This document shows positions 1 through 10,308 of a stretch of DNA of 64,000 bases, piece after piece. Source of the DNA: Parcubacteria group bacterium Greene0416_36. GTDB lineage: Bacteria; Patescibacteriota; Patescibacteriia; VMEV01. Positions within the stretch are counted from its first letter, which is position 1. Every line of letters begins with the position of its first letter. The notes under the pieces are model-generated. The model worked only from the letters and a program-made list of their open reading frames with translations, was not told the origin of the DNA and made no database searches. The DNA lies in NCBI GenBank assembly GCA_007375725.1, contig VMEV01000002.1:45992-109991 (forward strand). The letters are read 5' to 3'. The position numbers were made by a program, and so were the translations under genes.

Positions 1-1
1 G

Positions 2-1954
2 GGCACGGCCAAGGCGGATGGCAAGAAAATTTTTGTGGATTCCGAGTCGGCTCGCATGGGATTACGGTTTGCCGGCGTGCTGGAAGATCTGGGGAACCGC
101 ATCAAAATCAGCGCGAATTTTAAAAATTTGAATGAAGGGGAGCGGTCTCTCCGCGTATCTTTTCGTCTCCCTGTGAAGCTCGAAGAGGGGTATTGGTGGA
201 AGGATATTGCCACCCGAGAACTCATCGCCCCGAATACCGATTATGTCAATACCGTTCCTTTTGAAGATCTTTTGTCTGTTTCGGTTTCTTCATTTCCTTT
301 GGCATCGGTTGATTTCAGTGGAAATGGTATTTCCATGGCCCAAAACCCGAAATCTGTGCGCATGATGCGTTTGGCTTATCGAGATGAGGCGGGACTGGTG
401 GGGGAGTATGATTTGGGATTATCTCCCCACACAGCCAGAGTCGCTCCTGGAGAAGCCAATTTTGAGATGATTCTTTTTTCTCATCCCGCAAAATATGGCT
501 ATCGGGGGAGTCTGGATCAGTTTTATAAATTTTATCCGGAGTCTTTTGCCAATCGAGTGAAATTGGAAGATGCCGGAATATTCAGTTTTTCCAGCGATAA
601 AGGTGAAATTGCTGATTTTGGCATGAATTATTACAAAGCGGATACCAATAATATTGCCAGTCTTGAAACTATTGCCGCGGATCCTGGTTTGGATGTGATG
701 GTCTACAATAATCCGCTCGAATATTGGCGAAGTGACGCCGTAGGGAATAATTTTTTCGGCCGTAATTTCAAGTATACGATTGTCTCGGAAGGCTTGGCCC
801 GCACCTTGCTTTTTCGTGATTATGAGGTGGCCTTTATGGATCCCCTATTCAATCTGCCGCGCAATATGCTGACCGCCACGGTCCGAAATAGTGCGCTTTG
901 GATGACAGATAATGCCTCCGACAATTGGTTCAAAAACAGCCTGCCCACGGTCCGTTATCAGGATCCGATTGATTCTTTCATTCTCTATGTCGTGAATCCG
1001 GATTTGGATTTGCCCCGCATGAATTTTGGGAATCTTGTCTGGGGACTTCGCGTGGATCCGGCTCTCAAATCTTCCACTATTCGAGGACTTCTCCAGGGAT
1101 ATTGTGGCCTGGGTTCTTCCGAACGCGGGGATCCTTTCAATTATCGCCGAGATGATTTCGCGGTGTCCGACCATCCCCTGTCCTTTGATCCAAAAGTAAT
1201 GAAACCCGCTTCGATATTGGGCATGTCTTATGTGAAGTATGTGAAGAAAGTCTCGGAAGAAGTGGCCAAGACCGGGCAATATGTTTTTTGTGAGAGTCCC
1301 GAATCCCGCGTGGACTGGTGGTACGCGCCTTATGTCGACGGTTTTTATGTGCCCAAAAAGACGGAATTGTCGTCCTCGGCCATGCGTCCGGGTTCCGAAG
1401 GCAATTATCTCGAACATTTGCGGCTCCTTCGCACCAATGCCAAGGGTAAACCGGTCATTGTCCAAGAGTCCAATTCCACGGACACAGCCCGAGGAGGCAT
1501 TGATTATCGCGAATATATCCGCAAATCGGTTCTCTATGGTGTATTTCCTGGATTGTCTTCCCTGACCAAGGATAAGTCCGCTTTTCCTTATCTGGACTAT
1601 CATGCGGACATGAAGGTTTATATGCCTATCGTGAAGTCTCTCTATTCCGCCGGATGGCAGAGTATGACCTATGCCTCGGCCAATCATGCAAATATTTTGA
1701 TGGAGCGGTTTGGATCGAGCCAGGGTGGCAATCTCCTATTCACGATCTACAATAATTCAGCTACTCCCGTTGATTTTAAACTCTCACTTCCCAAAACCGA
1801 TTTAGCCTTGGGAGAAACGATTGTGATGGATAATCTCGTTACCAACTCAAAGATTTCCTCCACATTCAATGCGGACATTTTCATCGCGAATATGTCGCTG
1901 GGGGCAGGGGAATTGGCAGTACTCCGCGTCACGTCATCCCCGAGAGCCCCGTAG
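2..1954 (+). CDS. large hypothetical protein, 5' end probably truncated by window edge
   Basis: 639-aa ORF; reading frame open back to nt 2; no motif I can name. Confidence 0.5.
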   Translation, partial: GTAKADGKKIFVDSESARMGLRFAGVLEDLGNRIKISANFKNLNEGERSLRVSFRLPVKLEEGYWWKDIATRELIAPNTDYVNTVPFEDLLSVSVSSFPLASVDFSGNGISMAQNPKSVRMMRLAYRDEAGLVGEYDLGLSPHTARVAPGEANFEMILFSHPAKYGYRGSLDQFYKFYPESFANRVKLEDAGIFSFSSDKGEIADFGMNYYKADTNNIASLETIAADPGLDVMVYNNPLEYWRSDAVGNNFFGRNFKYTIVSEGLARTLLFRDYEVAFMDPLFNLPRNMLTATVRNSALWMTDNASDNWFKNSLPTVRYQDPIDSFILYVVNPDLDLPRMNFGNLVWGLRVDPALKSSTIRGLLQGYCGLGSSERGDPFNYRRDDFAVSDHPLSFDPKVMKPASILGMSYVKYVKKVSEEVAKTGQYVFCESPESRVDWWYAPYVDGFYVPKKTELSSSAMRPGSEGNYLEHLRLLRTNAKGKPVIVQESNSTDTARGGIDYREYIRKSVLYGVFPGLSSLTKDKSAFPYLDYHADMKVYMPIVKSLYSAGWQSMTYASANHANILMERFGSSQGGNLLFTIYNNSATPVDFKLSLPKTDLALGETIVMDNLVTNSKISSTFNADIFIANMSLGAGELAVLRVTSSPRAP

Positions 1955-1971
1955 TTGGTTCTCACGAATAT

Positions 1972-2050
1972 AAATCCCTCCCCAACCCTCCCTTTGACAA
2001 GGGAGGGGGTAGCAGCCTCCCCCTTGTCAAAGGGGGACTGAGGGGGATTT
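1972..2050. repeat. MITE-like palindromic element copy 1 (CCCTCCCTTTGACAAGGGAGGG / CCCCCTTGTCAAAGGGGG halves)
   Basis: near-perfect ~79 bp palindrome directly after stop of gene 1; same element recurs 5 more times in window. Confidence 0.8.
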
Positions 2051-2391
2051 GGTGTTTGCCTTCTACACCCTTACTTTTTCCAATTTCAAAAGCCAGCTTG
2101 AATTACTTCTCGCTGGCTTTCTTGTTGCTTATCTCGTTCGTAGCTCTTTATTCTTCTATTTCGCCACCCTCCTTGGCAAGGGAATAATGTCGACTTGGGT
2201 TCGTCCCATTATATTTGCTTTAGGGATCGGACGGATTTTTGGGACCGGTCTATAATTTTTTTGTTTTGGTTTCTGGGGCAATTGGGACAATTGTAGGTCT
2301 AATTTAATTCCAAGTCCTGATATTAAGACGATCAATATTACTTGCATTATTGACTCCTGAAAATTTAAAAAAATACGAATGGATCACAATT

Positions 2392-2934
2392 TTATTTTTG
2401 ATAGTGACCTAAAAGAGCACAAGTTGCCCTTACTATGATAGGTCTTTTTTGTTCGGGAGCGAGACATACAAAATTGGTTATCTGTACATCTTGAGCGCTT
2501 GTCGTTTTTCGTCCTAGGTAGACTAGCTGGGCAAAAATCCATACTGCCTCATGTTCATTTATTTCTAGCTCGGTTTTTAACGTTTCAATAGGAGCTGTTT
2601 TTATTGCCTCTAGAGTCTTTTTGGGAATGAGTCGTTGTACGAGTTCTGCAATAGATTTGGACAGTGCTTTTTCTTTTTTTGAGAGTCCTACGACTTCCTC
2701 AATCATAACAACGGCAGGCGCTACAAGAAGGTGGGTTTTTGGTACCTCTTTCCCACCTAGATTATTCCAACACAACATATCTTTTAATATTGCTGTATCT
2801 TGCTTGCTCAGATTGATTTCTTTGCATCTATCCATGAATTTCTGTTCTGCTGGATGAATCTGCTTCTCCATGATGGTTTCCTTTGATTTGAAATGTACGG
2901 TTCGTGAATTTAAAAAGTGTTCTATGCTTAACAT
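2392..2934 (-). CDS. hypothetical protein
   Basis: 180-aa ORF, no recognisable motif; internal Met (MEKQIHP) may be true start. Confidence 0.4.
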   Translation of the reverse strand: MLSIEHFLNSRTVHFKSKETIMEKQIHPAEQKFMDRCKEINLSKQDTAILKDMLCWNNLGGKEVPKTHLLVAPAVVMIEEVVGLSKKEKALSKSIAELVQRLIPKKTLEAIKTAPIETLKTELEINEHEAVWIFAQLVYLGRKTTSAQDVQITNFVCLAPEQKRPIIVRATCALLGHYQK

Positions 2935-3131
2935 GCATTTATTATCTTGTCAAGTTCTTATTTGCCTTTAATTATGATAAAAAAGAAGGGATACTGACAT
3001 GGGATTGCTTCTCTTCGCTAAAGTGCGAAGATCGCAATGACAGTTGTTGGTATTGTTTATTTCTAAATAGGTCTTTCAGTCCGGAATCAGGTAGGCTATG
3101 AAACAATTTTTCGTAGTCTAGAGAATTCGGA

Positions 3132-5363
3132 TTGAGGATGCAATATTTTATGATGCTCGAACAGAATTTTGTCCTGCCATGGGCCGGACGAGAATTGAAA
3201 GTCACCTTGGGGAAAATGGCGTGGCAGACCAATGGCAGCGCTTTGGTGAGCTATGGAGGGACTCAGGTCTTGGCGGCCGTGGTCATGGGGCCGGAACGTG
3301 CGGGAGTGGATTTTTTTCCGCTCATGGTGGAATTTGAAGAGAAAATGTACGCGGCAGGAAAGATCAAGGGATCGCGTTTCATCAAACGAGAAACCAGACC
3401 CTCCGATGAAGCCGTATTGTCCGCTCGATTGGTGGATCGTACTGTGCGCCCTCTTTTCTCACAAAAAATCCGCCGAGATGTGCAGCTTGTTTTGACCGTG
3501 CTCTCAGTCGATGACGAGAGTCCGTCGGATGTACCGTCGCTCGTGGCAGGTGCCTTGGCCCTCCACATTTCTGATATTCCATGGGCCGGACCGGTTGCCG
3601 GCGTACGCGTGGCCAAGCTCGATGGCTCGTGGATTGTGAATCCGACCAATGATCAGCGGGAGAAGTCACAGGCGGAATTGATCGTGGCCGGAAGCGGAGA
3701 GACCACCATCATGATCGAATGCGGGGCCAATGAAGTGAATGAGGCTGATACCTTGGCCGCGATTGATTTGGCTCAAACAAATTTAGGGCCGGTGGTGAAG
3801 TGGATGAATGAAATTCGAACTAAAGCCGGAAAACCCAAACTTGATTTATTGTCCCTCAAGACTGAGACGGAAAAAGAATTGTATCGCAATGTGGAAGAGA
3901 TGAAAGAAAAAATTGAGGCTTTGATTGAAAAGTCCGTGAATCAATATTTGTTGGACAGCGCCAAAGGAACTAAGCAGCTTCGCAAAGAATCCATCAAAAC
4001 CATGCAGACCGAAATCAAGGCCGCTCTTTTGGGCGAAGGTTTGAATGAGGAGGTCTTGAATTTGGCCCTGGCGGATTTTAAAATGATGGTCGAATTGTAT
4101 GTGTCCAAAGCGATTTTGGAGCAGGGTTTACGCGTGGATGGACGCAAATTGGACGAGATCCGCCCTCTCAAATTGGAAGTGGGAACGCTCGAGAGAACCC
4201 ATGGCAGCGCTCTGTTTTCTCGCGGGGAAACGCAAGTATTGTCCGTGGTTACTCTCGGCGCGCCCGGAGACGAGCAGACACTTGACGGCATGGAAGAAGA
4301 TGGAACGAAACGATACATGCATCATTATAATTTTCCGGGTTATGCCGTGGGCGAGGCCAAGCCTTTCCGCGGACCTTCCCGCCGAGATATCGGTCATGGC
4401 GCCTTGGCTGAAAAGGCCGTCGCCCTCATGCTTCCCCCGAAGGATCAGTTTCCCTATACCGTCCGCGTGGTGTCTGAGACCCTCACTTCCAATGGTTCGA
4501 GTTCCATGGCATCCGTGTGCGGATCGACTTTGTCACTGCTCGACGCCGGTGTTCCGATCCGACGACCGGTGGCGGGTATCGCCATGGGCATTGCCACCAA
4601 TGAATCCGGCAAGTTTCGCGTATTCACCGACCTTCAAGATCTCGAAGATTCTGAGGGAGGTATGGATTTCAAGATCGCGGGAACTCGGGAAGGCATCACT
4701 TCCATCCAAATGGACACCAAAACCAATGGCCTTACCCGAGAAATGATCAAAACCACCTTAGACATGGCCAGAAAAGCCAGATTCGAAATTTTGGACGCGA
4801 TCGCGGCGGTCATCCCCACTCATCGAAAGGAATTATCTCCCTATGCTCCCCGCATTGAGGTGATCAAGATCAATCCCGAGAAAATCGGCGATGTCATTGG
4901 TCCCGGCGGCAAGATCATCCGCGAGATCACGGAGAAGAGTGGCGCGACTATTGATATTGAACAGGACGGCACGGTATTCATTTCCGCCAAGAGCCCCGAG
5001 TCTATGAAAATTGCCTCGGACTGGGTCCGCAATTTGACCCGCGAGGTCATGGCCGGCGAAGTATTTGAAAATGCGAAAGTCATGCGCCTTATGGATTTCG
5101 GTGCTTTCTGCGAAGTATTGCCTGGTCAGGAAGGGCTGGTGCATGTTTCAGAAATTTCCTATGCCCGCACCAATCTGCCGTCGGACGTTCTCCAAGTCGG
5201 CGATATCGTAAAAGTCAAAGTCCTCGAAATCGATTCCATGGGCCGCATGAATTTGTCCATGAAAGCGCTATTGCCCAAGCCAGAAGGTTATATCGAACAG
5301 CCGCGAGCTCCAAGGCGAGAGGGTCCTCCAAGAGGGGGGCGAGGCGGGGGATTTAGACGGTAG
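3132..5363 (+). CDS. pnp: polynucleotide phosphorylase (PNPase)
   Basis: two RNase PH-like domains (RRDIGHGALA), KH and S1 (GEVFENAKV...GLVHVSEI) domains, RGG-rich C-terminus. Confidence 0.9.
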   Translation: MRMQYFMMLEQNFVLPWAGRELKVTLGKMAWQTNGSALVSYGGTQVLAAVVMGPERAGVDFFPLMVEFEEKMYAAGKIKGSRFIKRETRPSDEAVLSARLVDRTVRPLFSQKIRRDVQLVLTVLSVDDESPSDVPSLVAGALALHISDIPWAGPVAGVRVAKLDGSWIVNPTNDQREKSQAELIVAGSGETTIMIECGANEVNEADTLAAIDLAQTNLGPVVKWMNEIRTKAGKPKLDLLSLKTETEKELYRNVEEMKEKIEALIEKSVNQYLLDSAKGTKQLRKESIKTMQTEIKAALLGEGLNEEVLNLALADFKMMVELYVSKAILEQGLRVDGRKLDEIRPLKLEVGTLERTHGSALFSRGETQVLSVVTLGAPGDEQTLDGMEEDGTKRYMHHYNFPGYAVGEAKPFRGPSRRDIGHGALAEKAVALMLPPKDQFPYTVRVVSETLTSNGSSSMASVCGSTLSLLDAGVPIRRPVAGIAMGIATNESGKFRVFTDLQDLEDSEGGMDFKIAGTREGITSIQMDTKTNGLTREMIKTTLDMARKARFEILDAIAAVIPTHRKELSPYAPRIEVIKINPEKIGDVIGPGGKIIREITEKSGATIDIEQDGTVFISAKSPESMKIASDWVRNLTREVMAGEVFENAKVMRLMDFGAFCEVLPGQEGLVHVSEISYARTNLPSDVLQVGDIVKVKVLEIDSMGRMNLSMKALLPKPEGYIEQPRAPRREGPPRGGRGGGFRR

Positions 5364-5382
5364 AAAACATTAGGGCAAAAAG

Positions 5383-5469
5383 CAACAAATCCCCCTCAAT
5401 CCCCCTTTGACAAGGGGGAGGCTGCTACTCCCTCCCTTGTCAAAGGGAGGGCTGGGGAGGGATTTGTTG
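5383..5469. repeat. MITE-like palindromic element copy 2 (opposite orientation to copy 1)
   Basis: CAACAAATCCC...TTTGACAAGGGGG..CCCTTGTCAAAGGGAGGG...GGGATTTGTTG directly after pnp stop. Confidence 0.8.
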
Positions 5470-5504
5470 TTTGATCATTAAATATCACTTTTTAAAAGAT
5501 AGAT

Positions 5505-6866
5505 ATGAAACATTTTTTGTTCATTCTTTCGCTTTTATTTGTCGCCCTCCCCGCCGCCGCCTTTACTCCTCTCGAACAGCAGTCGGTGGTCAAAATTGAA
5601 GTTTTTCGAAATGTGGGGGATCGGGACGCGGTACAGCAGGGGTCGGGGTTTTTTGTGAATTATGAGGGGTGTGCGGTCACCACGGCTCACGTGCTTTATA
5701 ACCAGCTTAATCGCAGTGAAGTATTTCCCGTGATTAAAATTTACGTGCCAGAAAATATCCGCAAGAATCCGGTCTCGCATGGATTGGCCGATATTCGTTA
5801 TTTGGATCCCAAACTCGATGTGGCGGTTGTGTGCCTTCGAGATCCTCACGGATTTTTTTATCATCCCTTATCTCTGCTTCCTGCTGGAGAATACAATAAT
5901 CTCGAGATTGGCGAACTCATGTATTTGGGAGGGTATCCCATTATCGGGGGATCGACTCCCGTGTATTCGCAGTCCCATATCGTAGGATTTTGGGACAATC
6001 CCAATTTATCCGAGCTCCTCAAACTCGATTATTTCGATGCGCAAAATATCACCTTGTTCAAGGTGGATGGGATCATGGGCCCCGGAGGTTCCGGCGGGCC
6101 GGTACTCTCTGCCAAGCGGGGTAATGCGGTGGTTGGCATGGTTTTCGCCTCCAGCCTCTCTCCCAGCGGCATCAATTTTCTGCTTTCCTCCGATACCATC
6201 CAAAAAGGTTTGGATACCTATCGTGCCGTAGAGAATCAAAAAGCCTCGACGGACTCGCCTTGCGTCTTTGATCCGGCCAAGGGGCTTTATGGGAAGAACG
6301 GGAAGGATTTTTATGATATGCTTTGTTCCCGCTTCCGTGACCCGAAAACTGAGCAGGTAGTATCTCTCAACTATGAGGACCGGTGCAAACGTCCTATGCC
6401 TCGCCAGCGGCTCTACGATGCCTCATCTTACATTATCTCAGGACGCGGGAATGTGGATTCTCTCTGGCAGTATTTGATTAAATTGTGTTCTCCCGAGCCC
6501 GCAGGGGCGAAAGACCCCTCGCCCCTGCCTTCTCCTCGAAATGGAGAAGTGTCGATCCCCAAAATAGGAGAGGGTTCTCTTTTAGTCGAGAAAATATTCG
6601 CTTATGGGAAACCCCGAGTGGAGGATTTGAAGACGGAACAGTCCGCCGCTCTGAAATTAAAAAGCGAATTGGTGAAAATTCTCGGCGCCAAAAATCTCAA
6701 AATCTCCGATAAAAATTGGTCATCCTTGGTCAATGCTTATGTCTACGGCCAATATCCCATCCCCGCCATCGCCCGCTCCATTCAGCTGGGCGGCTACACC
6801 GTCCACCCCCAAATTGCCTTTGGCGAGTGGAAGAAATCGGGGGATTATGCCAGGGGGATGAAATAG
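5505..6866 (+). CDS. secreted trypsin-like (S1-type) serine protease domain protein
   Basis: signal peptide; TAHVL histidine region and GPGGSGGPV serine motif. Confidence 0.55.
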   Translation: MKHFLFILSLLFVALPAAAFTPLEQQSVVKIEVFRNVGDRDAVQQGSGFFVNYEGCAVTTAHVLYNQLNRSEVFPVIKIYVPENIRKNPVSHGLADIRYLDPKLDVAVVCLRDPHGFFYHPLSLLPAGEYNNLEIGELMYLGGYPIIGGSTPVYSQSHIVGFWDNPNLSELLKLDYFDAQNITLFKVDGIMGPGGSGGPVLSAKRGNAVVGMVFASSLSPSGINFLLSSDTIQKGLDTYRAVENQKASTDSPCVFDPAKGLYGKNGKDFYDMLCSRFRDPKTEQVVSLNYEDRCKRPMPRQRLYDASSYIISGRGNVDSLWQYLIKLCSPEPAGAKDPSPLPSPRNGEVSIPKIGEGSLLVEKIFAYGKPRVEDLKTEQSAALKLKSELVKILGAKNLKISDKNWSSLVNAYVYGQYPIPAIARSIQLGGYTVHPQIAFGEWKKSGDYARGMK

Positions 6867-6883
6867 AAATAAACAACAAATTA

Positions 6884-6976
6884 GCAACAAACCCATCCCT
6901 AACCCTTCCCTTAACAAGGAAGGGAACAGCAACAAACATCCCCCTTATTTAGGGGAGGAGGAGAGGGGTTTGTTGC
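6884..6976. repeat. MITE-like element copy 3 (diverged: CCCTTCCCTTAACAAGGAAGGG)
   Basis: same flank pattern GCAACAAAC...GGGGTTTGTTGC and hairpin halves; after protease gene. Confidence 0.6.
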
Positions 6977-6992
6977 TTACTTTCTATTATAT

Positions 6993-8147
6993 ATGTCTCT
7001 ATTTTTCAAACGTATATTGTTTTTGATGGTCTGTTTGTTTATGCTGCCCCTTTCCGGCTTTGCACAAGAGGCCGTCGAATATGTTCCCAATGAATATTTT
7101 AAGGCGAAAGTAATCGAGGTTCTCGAAGAGGGGGAAATTGAGAAATATGAAGGGGTGAAAGAGACGTATCAAAAAGTGAGGATTGAATTGTTGGATGGGG
7201 CGGAGGCGGGGAAGCGAATGGATCTCGAGCAGGGAAAAACATTCACGCTTCAGAAAAATCAAGTAGTGGCCAAGGGAGAAAGTGTCGTGGTGATCAAAAC
7301 GCCGGTGGGGGAGAATATCCAGTATTTTATTACGGATTCGTACCGTCTGAGTTCCATGGCGTGGCTACTTGCTTTTTTCGTGGCTCTGACGGTATGGGTC
7401 GGGAGGAAGCGCGGGGCCATGTCTTTTTTGGGACTCGTTTTTTCGATTGCGGTCCTCTATTGGGTCATTCTGCCACTATTTGCCAAAGGATATAGCGCTC
7501 TCTGGGTAGGAATTTTGGGAGCTATCGGCATTGCGACGATTTCGATTTATGTCTCTCATGGTAGGAATATCAAATCCACGATTTCTCTCGTTTCTATTAT
7601 TTTGTCACTGATTCTGACAACTATCGTTTCTTATTTGGCGGTAGGGGGAGCGCATTTGCTGGGGCTGGGATCGGAGGAATCGGTATTTGTCGGGCAACTT
7701 ACGACCTTGGATCTCCAGGGGCTTTTACTCGCGGCCATGATTTTGGGAGCACTCGGCGTACTCGATGATATTGTCACGGCGCAGGTTTCGTCGATTTACG
7801 AACTTCGTCGCGCGAATCCGGCTCTGGGATTTCGGGAGCTCTATCGCCGGGGCCTCAATATCGGAAAAGATCATATTGCCTCGCTTGTGAATACCTTGGT
7901 TCTGGCCTATGTCGGCGCGAGTCTGCCTCTATTTTTACTGTTTTACCTCGACAGCCAGGTCCCATTCTGGGTGACGCTCAATAGCGAGACGATTGCTCAG
8001 GAGGTGATCCGAACCCTGTCCGGCAGTATCGGCCTCGTTTTGTCCGTGCCGATCGCGACCTCGCTCGCGGCGTGGGTGTTTGGGAGGAGGGAGTTGGTGG
8101 TGGCTTCGGGGGAGAATTCTGATAGTCATGCGGGGCATGGGCATTGA
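6993..8147 (+). CDS. multi-pass membrane protein with N-terminal extracytoplasmic domain (possibly YibE/F family)
   Basis: signal peptide, ~110-aa soluble domain then >=6 hydrophobic helices; family call from memory only. Confidence 0.35.
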   Translation: MSLFFKRILFLMVCLFMLPLSGFAQEAVEYVPNEYFKAKVIEVLEEGEIEKYEGVKETYQKVRIELLDGAEAGKRMDLEQGKTFTLQKNQVVAKGESVVVIKTPVGENIQYFITDSYRLSSMAWLLAFFVALTVWVGRKRGAMSFLGLVFSIAVLYWVILPLFAKGYSALWVGILGAIGIATISIYVSHGRNIKSTISLVSIILSLILTTIVSYLAVGGAHLLGLGSEESVFVGQLTTLDLQGLLLAAMILGALGVLDDIVTAQVSSIYELRRANPALGFRELYRRGLNIGKDHIASLVNTLVLAYVGASLPLFLLFYLDSQVPFWVTLNSETIAQEVIRTLSGSIGLVLSVPIATSLAAWVFGRRELVVASGENSDSHAGHGH

Positions 8148-8426
8148 TTTTTATTTGCTAAATTAATTGAAAATCTAGTTGCCGAGGAATCCTCGGCAAC
8201 TGTTTCGCATTTGAGCGACGCAAAAATTGAAAGAATTGGCGAAATTTAATCAGAAGCAATTAAAGTAAAAAATAAGATACATTGGATATCTTATTTTATG
8301 CGGCTTTATTCAAAACTTCGGTATTTCTCATGTAAGAAATCCTTTAGAAAAGATGAAAGATTTATAAAGTACTAAACTAGGAATAAAATTACACCTCATA
8401 ATTATTTTCGTCAATAGTTGTATTGG

Positions 8427-8533
8427 CTGAGTCACCTGCACTTTGCGGATGTCCTTTATTTGTAGAGACGCGCCATGGCGCGTCTCTACAAATAAAGGAC
8501 AAAATTCCGTAGCTTCCTAGGTGCAGGTGATTC
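8427..8533. mobile_element. 107 bp MITE-like element with 15 bp terminal inverted repeats and REP core GTAGAGACGCGCCATGGCGCGTCTCTAC, flanked by 11 bp direct repeat AGTTGTATTGG
   Basis: TIRs CTGAGTCACCTGCAC / GTGCAGGTGATTCAG; identical 11-mer at 8416-8426 and 8534-8544 (target-site-duplication-like). Confidence 0.6.
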
Positions 8534-8631
8534 AGTTGTATTGGGTTTTGTAAATTATGAATTAAGAACCGCCTTGACTTGTCCGGCACAAGGTTTAATG
8601 TGAGTTCAAAATATTCTTAACTCCATTTCTT

Positions 8632-9639
8632 ATGCAATCTCAAATTTTGACTTCTTCCACGGAGATCACGCGCGCGACGAAGAAGGAACTGATGGATGCG
8701 TATCACGAACTACTCAAGAAATATAAGGATGATTCTGTATCCTCAGAATCAAAATCTGGGGATCCAAAAAAGGAGTCGGATATAAAAGAATCCGGGCCGG
8801 TTTTTTCGACAGGCAAAGATATTTTTGAGTCTATTCATGCGGCTCGTGGATCGGTGCAAGATTTTCTAGGTCAAATAGAGGGATTGCTGATGGGGAAATT
8901 TTCGGAACTCAAAAAGATGGAAGAGCAGCTGGCACATGGGCAGTCGCAATTAAAACTCCAGTATGATATTGAGGCCAATTCAGCTTCTCTCCTCGCTTTG
9001 ATTCGTGCTAATGATGAGAGCCGGCAGAAATTTGATAAGGAAAAAACAGCCCAGAAACAATTGTGGGCGGAAGAAGTGGAAGCCTCTGGGAAGCAGCGAA
9101 AAAGAGATGAGGAGGAATATTTGTATGCCTTGGAAATCAAAAAGAAAAAAGACGCCGAAGAGCAGGCGGAGATGCGAAAGAAATTTGATCAAGAAATTCA
9201 TTCTAGGGAGAAAGTTTTGATTGACCGCGAGAAAAATATGGCCGATAAAGAATCGGAATTCACCCGCCTCCAGGCTTTGGTCTCGAATTTTGACGCGCGC
9301 ATTGAAGAGACTCGCAAACATGCAGCTGCGGAAACGGAAAAAAGGCTGAAAATCGAGCATGAGGTGGCCATGACCCTTCTGAAAAAAGAAATGGATACTC
9401 AAAAAATAGTGGATTCTTCGAAAATTCATACTCTGGAATCCTTGATGGAATCGCAAAAACAAGGTGTGCGCGAACTTCAGGAGCAGCTTGCCAAGGCCAA
9501 TTCTCAAGTGCAGGAAGTGGTTCTGCGCACCATCGACAGCTCCGCGGGCGGCAAGGCCCTAGATGCGGTTAATAAAATCGCCCTAGAGCAGGCCAAAGGC
9601 GGGGTTTCTCAAAATAAATTCGGCAATAATCGGAATTGA
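8632..9639 (+). CDS. K/E-rich coiled-coil protein, function unknown
   Basis: 335-aa ORF, heptad-like charged repeats. Confidence 0.45.
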   Translation: MQSQILTSSTEITRATKKELMDAYHELLKKYKDDSVSSESKSGDPKKESDIKESGPVFSTGKDIFESIHAARGSVQDFLGQIEGLLMGKFSELKKMEEQLAHGQSQLKLQYDIEANSASLLALIRANDESRQKFDKEKTAQKQLWAEEVEASGKQRKRDEEEYLYALEIKKKKDAEEQAEMRKKFDQEIHSREKVLIDREKNMADKESEFTRLQALVSNFDARIEETRKHAAAETEKRLKIEHEVAMTLLKKEMDTQKIVDSSKIHTLESLMESQKQGVRELQEQLAKANSQVQEVVLRTIDSSAGGKALDAVNKIALEQAKGGVSQNKFGNNRN

Positions 9640-9660
9640 TTTGATGAAAAAAACTATAAA

Positions 9661-9707
9661 AAAGTGTAAGGGGTCCGACGTTACGTCGGACCCCTTACAC
9701 TTTTTTT
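9661..9707. terminator. bidirectional intrinsic terminator hairpin (A-run / GTAAGGGGTCCGACG..CGTCGGACCCCTTAC / T-run)
   Basis: 20 bp stem, A-tract upstream and T-tract downstream, between convergent genes. Confidence 0.7.
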
Positions 9708-9709
9708 AC

Positions 9710-10195
9710 TTATCCGCAATCCCCGCACTTCCCATAAAACTCGATTTTATGATTCTCGATGGAGAATTTATTCTTTGATTCGATATTTTTTTCAATTTTT
9801 GACACAAGCATTTCATCCAGCCGTATGTGGTAAATATGCTGGCAGGTATTGCAGAGAAAATGATGGTGGTGGTCTTCTTTGCTAGAGGCCTCGTATCTTT
9901 TTTTGCCCTCTCCCAAATCGATTTCCGATACTAATTTTTTCTTTATAAGAGTCGATAACGCCCGATAAATTGAGGTTTTATTGAGGCTTATTTTTTTTGT
10001 TTTGAGCGATGAGAGGATTTCAGGCACGGAAATAGGGGCGTTTTTTTCAAGAATCTCGAGTATTTCTTTTTTCCCCTGACTCAATTTGAGTCCGGCGGCG
10101 GCGATTTTTTCTTCGATGGAGAGTTTATTCATATTAAAACTTAATATGCAACTATGTTGCGTTTGCAATATAAATGTGTTCGGGAAAAGAGTCAA
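9710..10195 (-). CDS. Fur-family metalloregulator (Fur/Zur/PerR)
   Basis: winged-helix N-term, HHHHFLCNTC...H and CGDCG metal sites; likely true start at internal Met MNKLSIEEK (~10132). Confidence 0.8.
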   Translation of the reverse strand: MTLFPNTFILQTQHSCILSFNMNKLSIEEKIAAAGLKLSQGKKEILEILEKNAPISVPEILSSLKTKKISLNKTSIYRALSTLIKKKLVSEIDLGEGKKRYEASSKEDHHHHFLCNTCQHIYHIRLDEMLVSKIEKNIESKNKFSIENHKIEFYGKCGDCG

Positions 10196-10278
10196 TAGGT
10201 GGCTCTTTTTTTATTTTGTCCGACATTGGAAAGGGTCGGTTTTATTTATTTTTTATAGGTTGAAAGGGGTGAAAAAAA

Positions 10279-10308
10279 GGTAGGGGCACAGCGCGCTGTG
10301 CTCCTACC
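10279..10308. repeat. REP-like hairpin GGTAGGGGCACAGCGCGCTGTGCTCCTACC (A-run upstream, T-run downstream)
   Basis: GTAG...CTAC palindrome; related copies inside glycosyltransferase gene at 56169-56226. Confidence 0.55.

Noticed and set aside
845-1687. 280-aa ORF on minus strand inside gene 1 (and similar antisense ORFs inside pnp, the 12330 gene, the kinases, rnj, the glycosyltransferase)
   Set aside because: They lie fully within, and antisense to, longer ORFs with clear protein signatures. Their composition mirrors the sense gene, so they are treated as shadow ORFs.
2049-2255. 68-aa hydrophobic plus-strand ORF downstream of MITE copy 1
   Set aside because: It could be a small membrane protein, but it has no RBS support and an overlapping antisense ORF, so it is left uncalled.
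8389-8589. 66-aa minus-strand ORF spanning the 8427-8533 palindromic element
   Set aside because: The ORF is a read-through of the MITE hairpin and is not expected to be protein-coding.
10086-10283. 65-aa plus-strand ORF ending in the 10280 hairpin
   Set aside because: It overlaps the fur 5' region on the opposite strand and terminates in a REP/terminator. It has no RBS logic and is treated as spurious.
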